The notes beneath the pieces are model-generated. The model worked only from the letters and a program-made list of their open reading frames with translations. It had not been told where the DNA came from and did not search any database. From positions 1-44,724 of the forward strand of contig JABFSS010000068.1 of the NCBI GenBank assembly GCA_013140485.1: a DNA stretch of 44,724 nt, written 5' to 3'. Positions within the stretch are counted from its first letter, which is position 1. Every line of letters begins with the position of its first letter. This document shows positions 43,276 to 44,724 of the stretch, one piece after another. This DNA is from Candidatus Peribacteraceae bacterium. GTDB taxonomy: Bacteria > Patescibacteriota > Gracilibacteria > Peribacterales > Peribacteraceae. The translations under genes and the position numbers were made by a program.

Positions 43276-44724
43276 ATGAAGCTCCCCCCGCTCCCTTTCG
43301 TCGTTCTGGATACGGAGACCACGGGTTTCGTCCCGAAGGTACACCGGGTGATCGAGTTCGCGAGCACCGAAGTGCGGGACGGGAAAGTGAAGAACGAATA
43401 CGAACAACTCTTTCATCATGCCGACGTGCCGCCGGTAGTGCAGGTGCTGACGCGCATCAAGACGACGGATCTCGTCGGCAAGCCCGCGCTTGCGGATCAC
43501 CGCGAGGATATTCTCAAGCATCTGCCGGACGACGCGCTCATCGTCGGGCAGAACGTAAACTTCGACATCGGCATGCTCAAGGGGGAAGGAATCGACCTGT
43601 CCGGTCGCCCGTGCATCGATACGTCGATGCTCGCGTCGCTGGTGTTCCCGGAACTGGAGAGTTACTCGCTCGGATATCTGAGTACCGTGCTCAACTTGAA
43701 TCATGATCCGCCGCACCGCGCACTCGGCGATGTCCGCGCAACGATGGAACTGCTCGGCAAATGCTGGGAACGGCTGTTGGAATTGCCCAAAGACCTGCGC
43801 GACCTCGCCGACGCGATCATGGATCGCGCGCCGAAGGGTTACAAGATGCTCTTTGAGGCGTTACCTCCGCCCACGGCGAAGAAAGAACCGAAGTGGATTC
43901 ATTGGAAGGATTCCGTGACTTCTCCCAGTGGCGTTTCTTCTCCCATCTCACCCGGGACTCCCGATTTGGGGAAGCCTGCACTGCTTGATGAGCCGCTCGA
44001 CCCGCTCCACCTGCAAATGATCATCGAAGGGGCTCTGGCGGATTCCTCACGCAGGCACTGGATCGCCGTGAAGAGTCTCCGTCCGGTTCTTCGCCGGATG
44101 CCGGAACCGCTGATGAAGAATATCCGAGTCCTCTATCCCCCGCACTCGCTGGTCGATGTCGACGCCGTGCTCCGTTTCTCGCAACAGAAGGAATACACCG
44201 CCGACGAAGCCACTCTCGCGCTCAAGCTCGCCTGGTACGAACCGCAGCGCCGTGACGAGTTTCCTCTGCACGGCGGGGAAGACGCCGTGTGGAACGGCAA
44301 ACTGAGCTGCACGGCGGTGTCCAAAGCGTACCTGAAACAATTTGAAAAATTGCCGTCCGTCGTCCTGCTCGATCATCGCGAGATGCTGACGTTTATTATG
44401 GACAGTGCTCCCCCGGAGGCGAAGGCATTGAGTGCCGGAGCACACGTGATCATTGATGACACATCGATGCTCGAAGATACCGCGACGAAAGCGTTTGGCT
44501 GGTACTGCTCACTCGATGATTTACGGGCCGCCGCCGAAGGCAACGCGATGCTGACCAAATTCATGGACACGCTGCAGTTGTGGATCGAGAAAATTCGCCA
44601 GTTCCAGGACATCCGCTATCTGACGCAGCCCGATCTCACCGCGCCCGACGCGAAGGGGCTGACGAAGCTTCTCGATGATGTCCGGAATCAAGAATGGCCC
44701 GCCCAAGTCCTCGATAGACTGGAT
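43276..44724 (+). CDS. DnaQ-type 3'-5' exonuclease domain fused to a DinG-like helicase-like region, 3' partial
   Basis: Not in the ORF track, because it has no stop inside the window. The frame is open from ATG 43276 to the window end (483 codons). DEDDh motifs are FVVLDTETTGF, VGQNVNFDIGML and HRALGDVRAT. Downstream, VIIDDTSMLEDTATKAFG resembles the DinG DEAH-box context. Confidence 0.7.
   Translation, partial: MKLPPLPFVVLDTETTGFVPKVHRVIEFASTEVRDGKVKNEYEQLFHHADVPPVVQVLTRIKTTDLVGKPALADHREDILKHLPDDALIVGQNVNFDIGMLKGEGIDLSGRPCIDTSMLASLVFPELESYSLGYLSTVLNLNHDPPHRALGDVRATMELLGKCWERLLELPKDLRDLADAIMDRAPKGYKMLFEALPPPTAKKEPKWIHWKDSVTSPSGVSSPISPGTPDLGKPALLDEPLDPLHLQMIIEGALADSSRRHWIAVKSLRPVLRRMPEPLMKNIRVLYPPHSLVDVDAVLRFSQQKEYTADEATLALKLAWYEPQRRDEFPLHGGEDAVWNGKLSCTAVSKAYLKQFEKLPSVVLLDHREMLTFIMDSAPPEAKALSAGAHVIIDDTSMLEDTATKAFGWYCSLDDLRAAAEGNAMLTKFMDTLQLWIEKIRQFQDIRYLTQPDLTAPDAKGLTKLLDDVRNQEWPAQVLDRLD

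Overview
44.7-kb chromosomal window from what looks like an uncultivated bacterium. CPR/Patescibacteria-like placement is my inference from the divergent 16S, the many orphan genes and the giant surface proteins; it is not a database result. The standard genetic code applies: UGA ends yebC and secA at their canonical protein ends.

Content:
- One stand-alone, divergent 16S rRNA gene with its own processing stem and terminator.
- Scattered core genes: yebC, rpsF-rpsR, sufC/sufB/sufD (not contiguous), a 2Fe-2S ferredoxin, holB, secA, tsaB, nusA, a ProX/YbaK-type deacylase and a DinG-like exonuclease.
- Two giant repeat-rich secreted proteins. One is a 5'-truncated tail-fibre-like protein of more than 2000 aa. 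The other is a 1656-aa S8 subtilase with three tandem domain repeats of about 562 bp joined by poly-Ser linkers.
- Two glycosyltransferases, a VapBC-like pair and about 20 orphan ORFs.

I recognised no CRISPR array, tRNA, 23S/5S rRNA, integrase or transposase.

Best leads:
1. A decayed second copy of the rpsR 3' end. With the intact gene end it brackets a 2.1-kb two-gene orphan cassette.
2. A second, low-GC three-gene block between holB and secA, flanked by imperfect direct repeats.
3. The 16S 3' tail reads CAUCUCCUUA instead of CACCUCCUUA. Sampled genes lack Shine-Dalgarno (SD) motifs, and many have sigma70-type -10 boxes only 6-10 nt from the ATG, which suggests leaderless mRNAs.
4. A hairpin repeat family with conserved flanks and covarying stems.
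5. A promoter-proximal Arg-rich micro-ORF with mutually exclusive hairpins, possibly an attenuator.

All functional calls come from motif recognition by eye. No searches were run.
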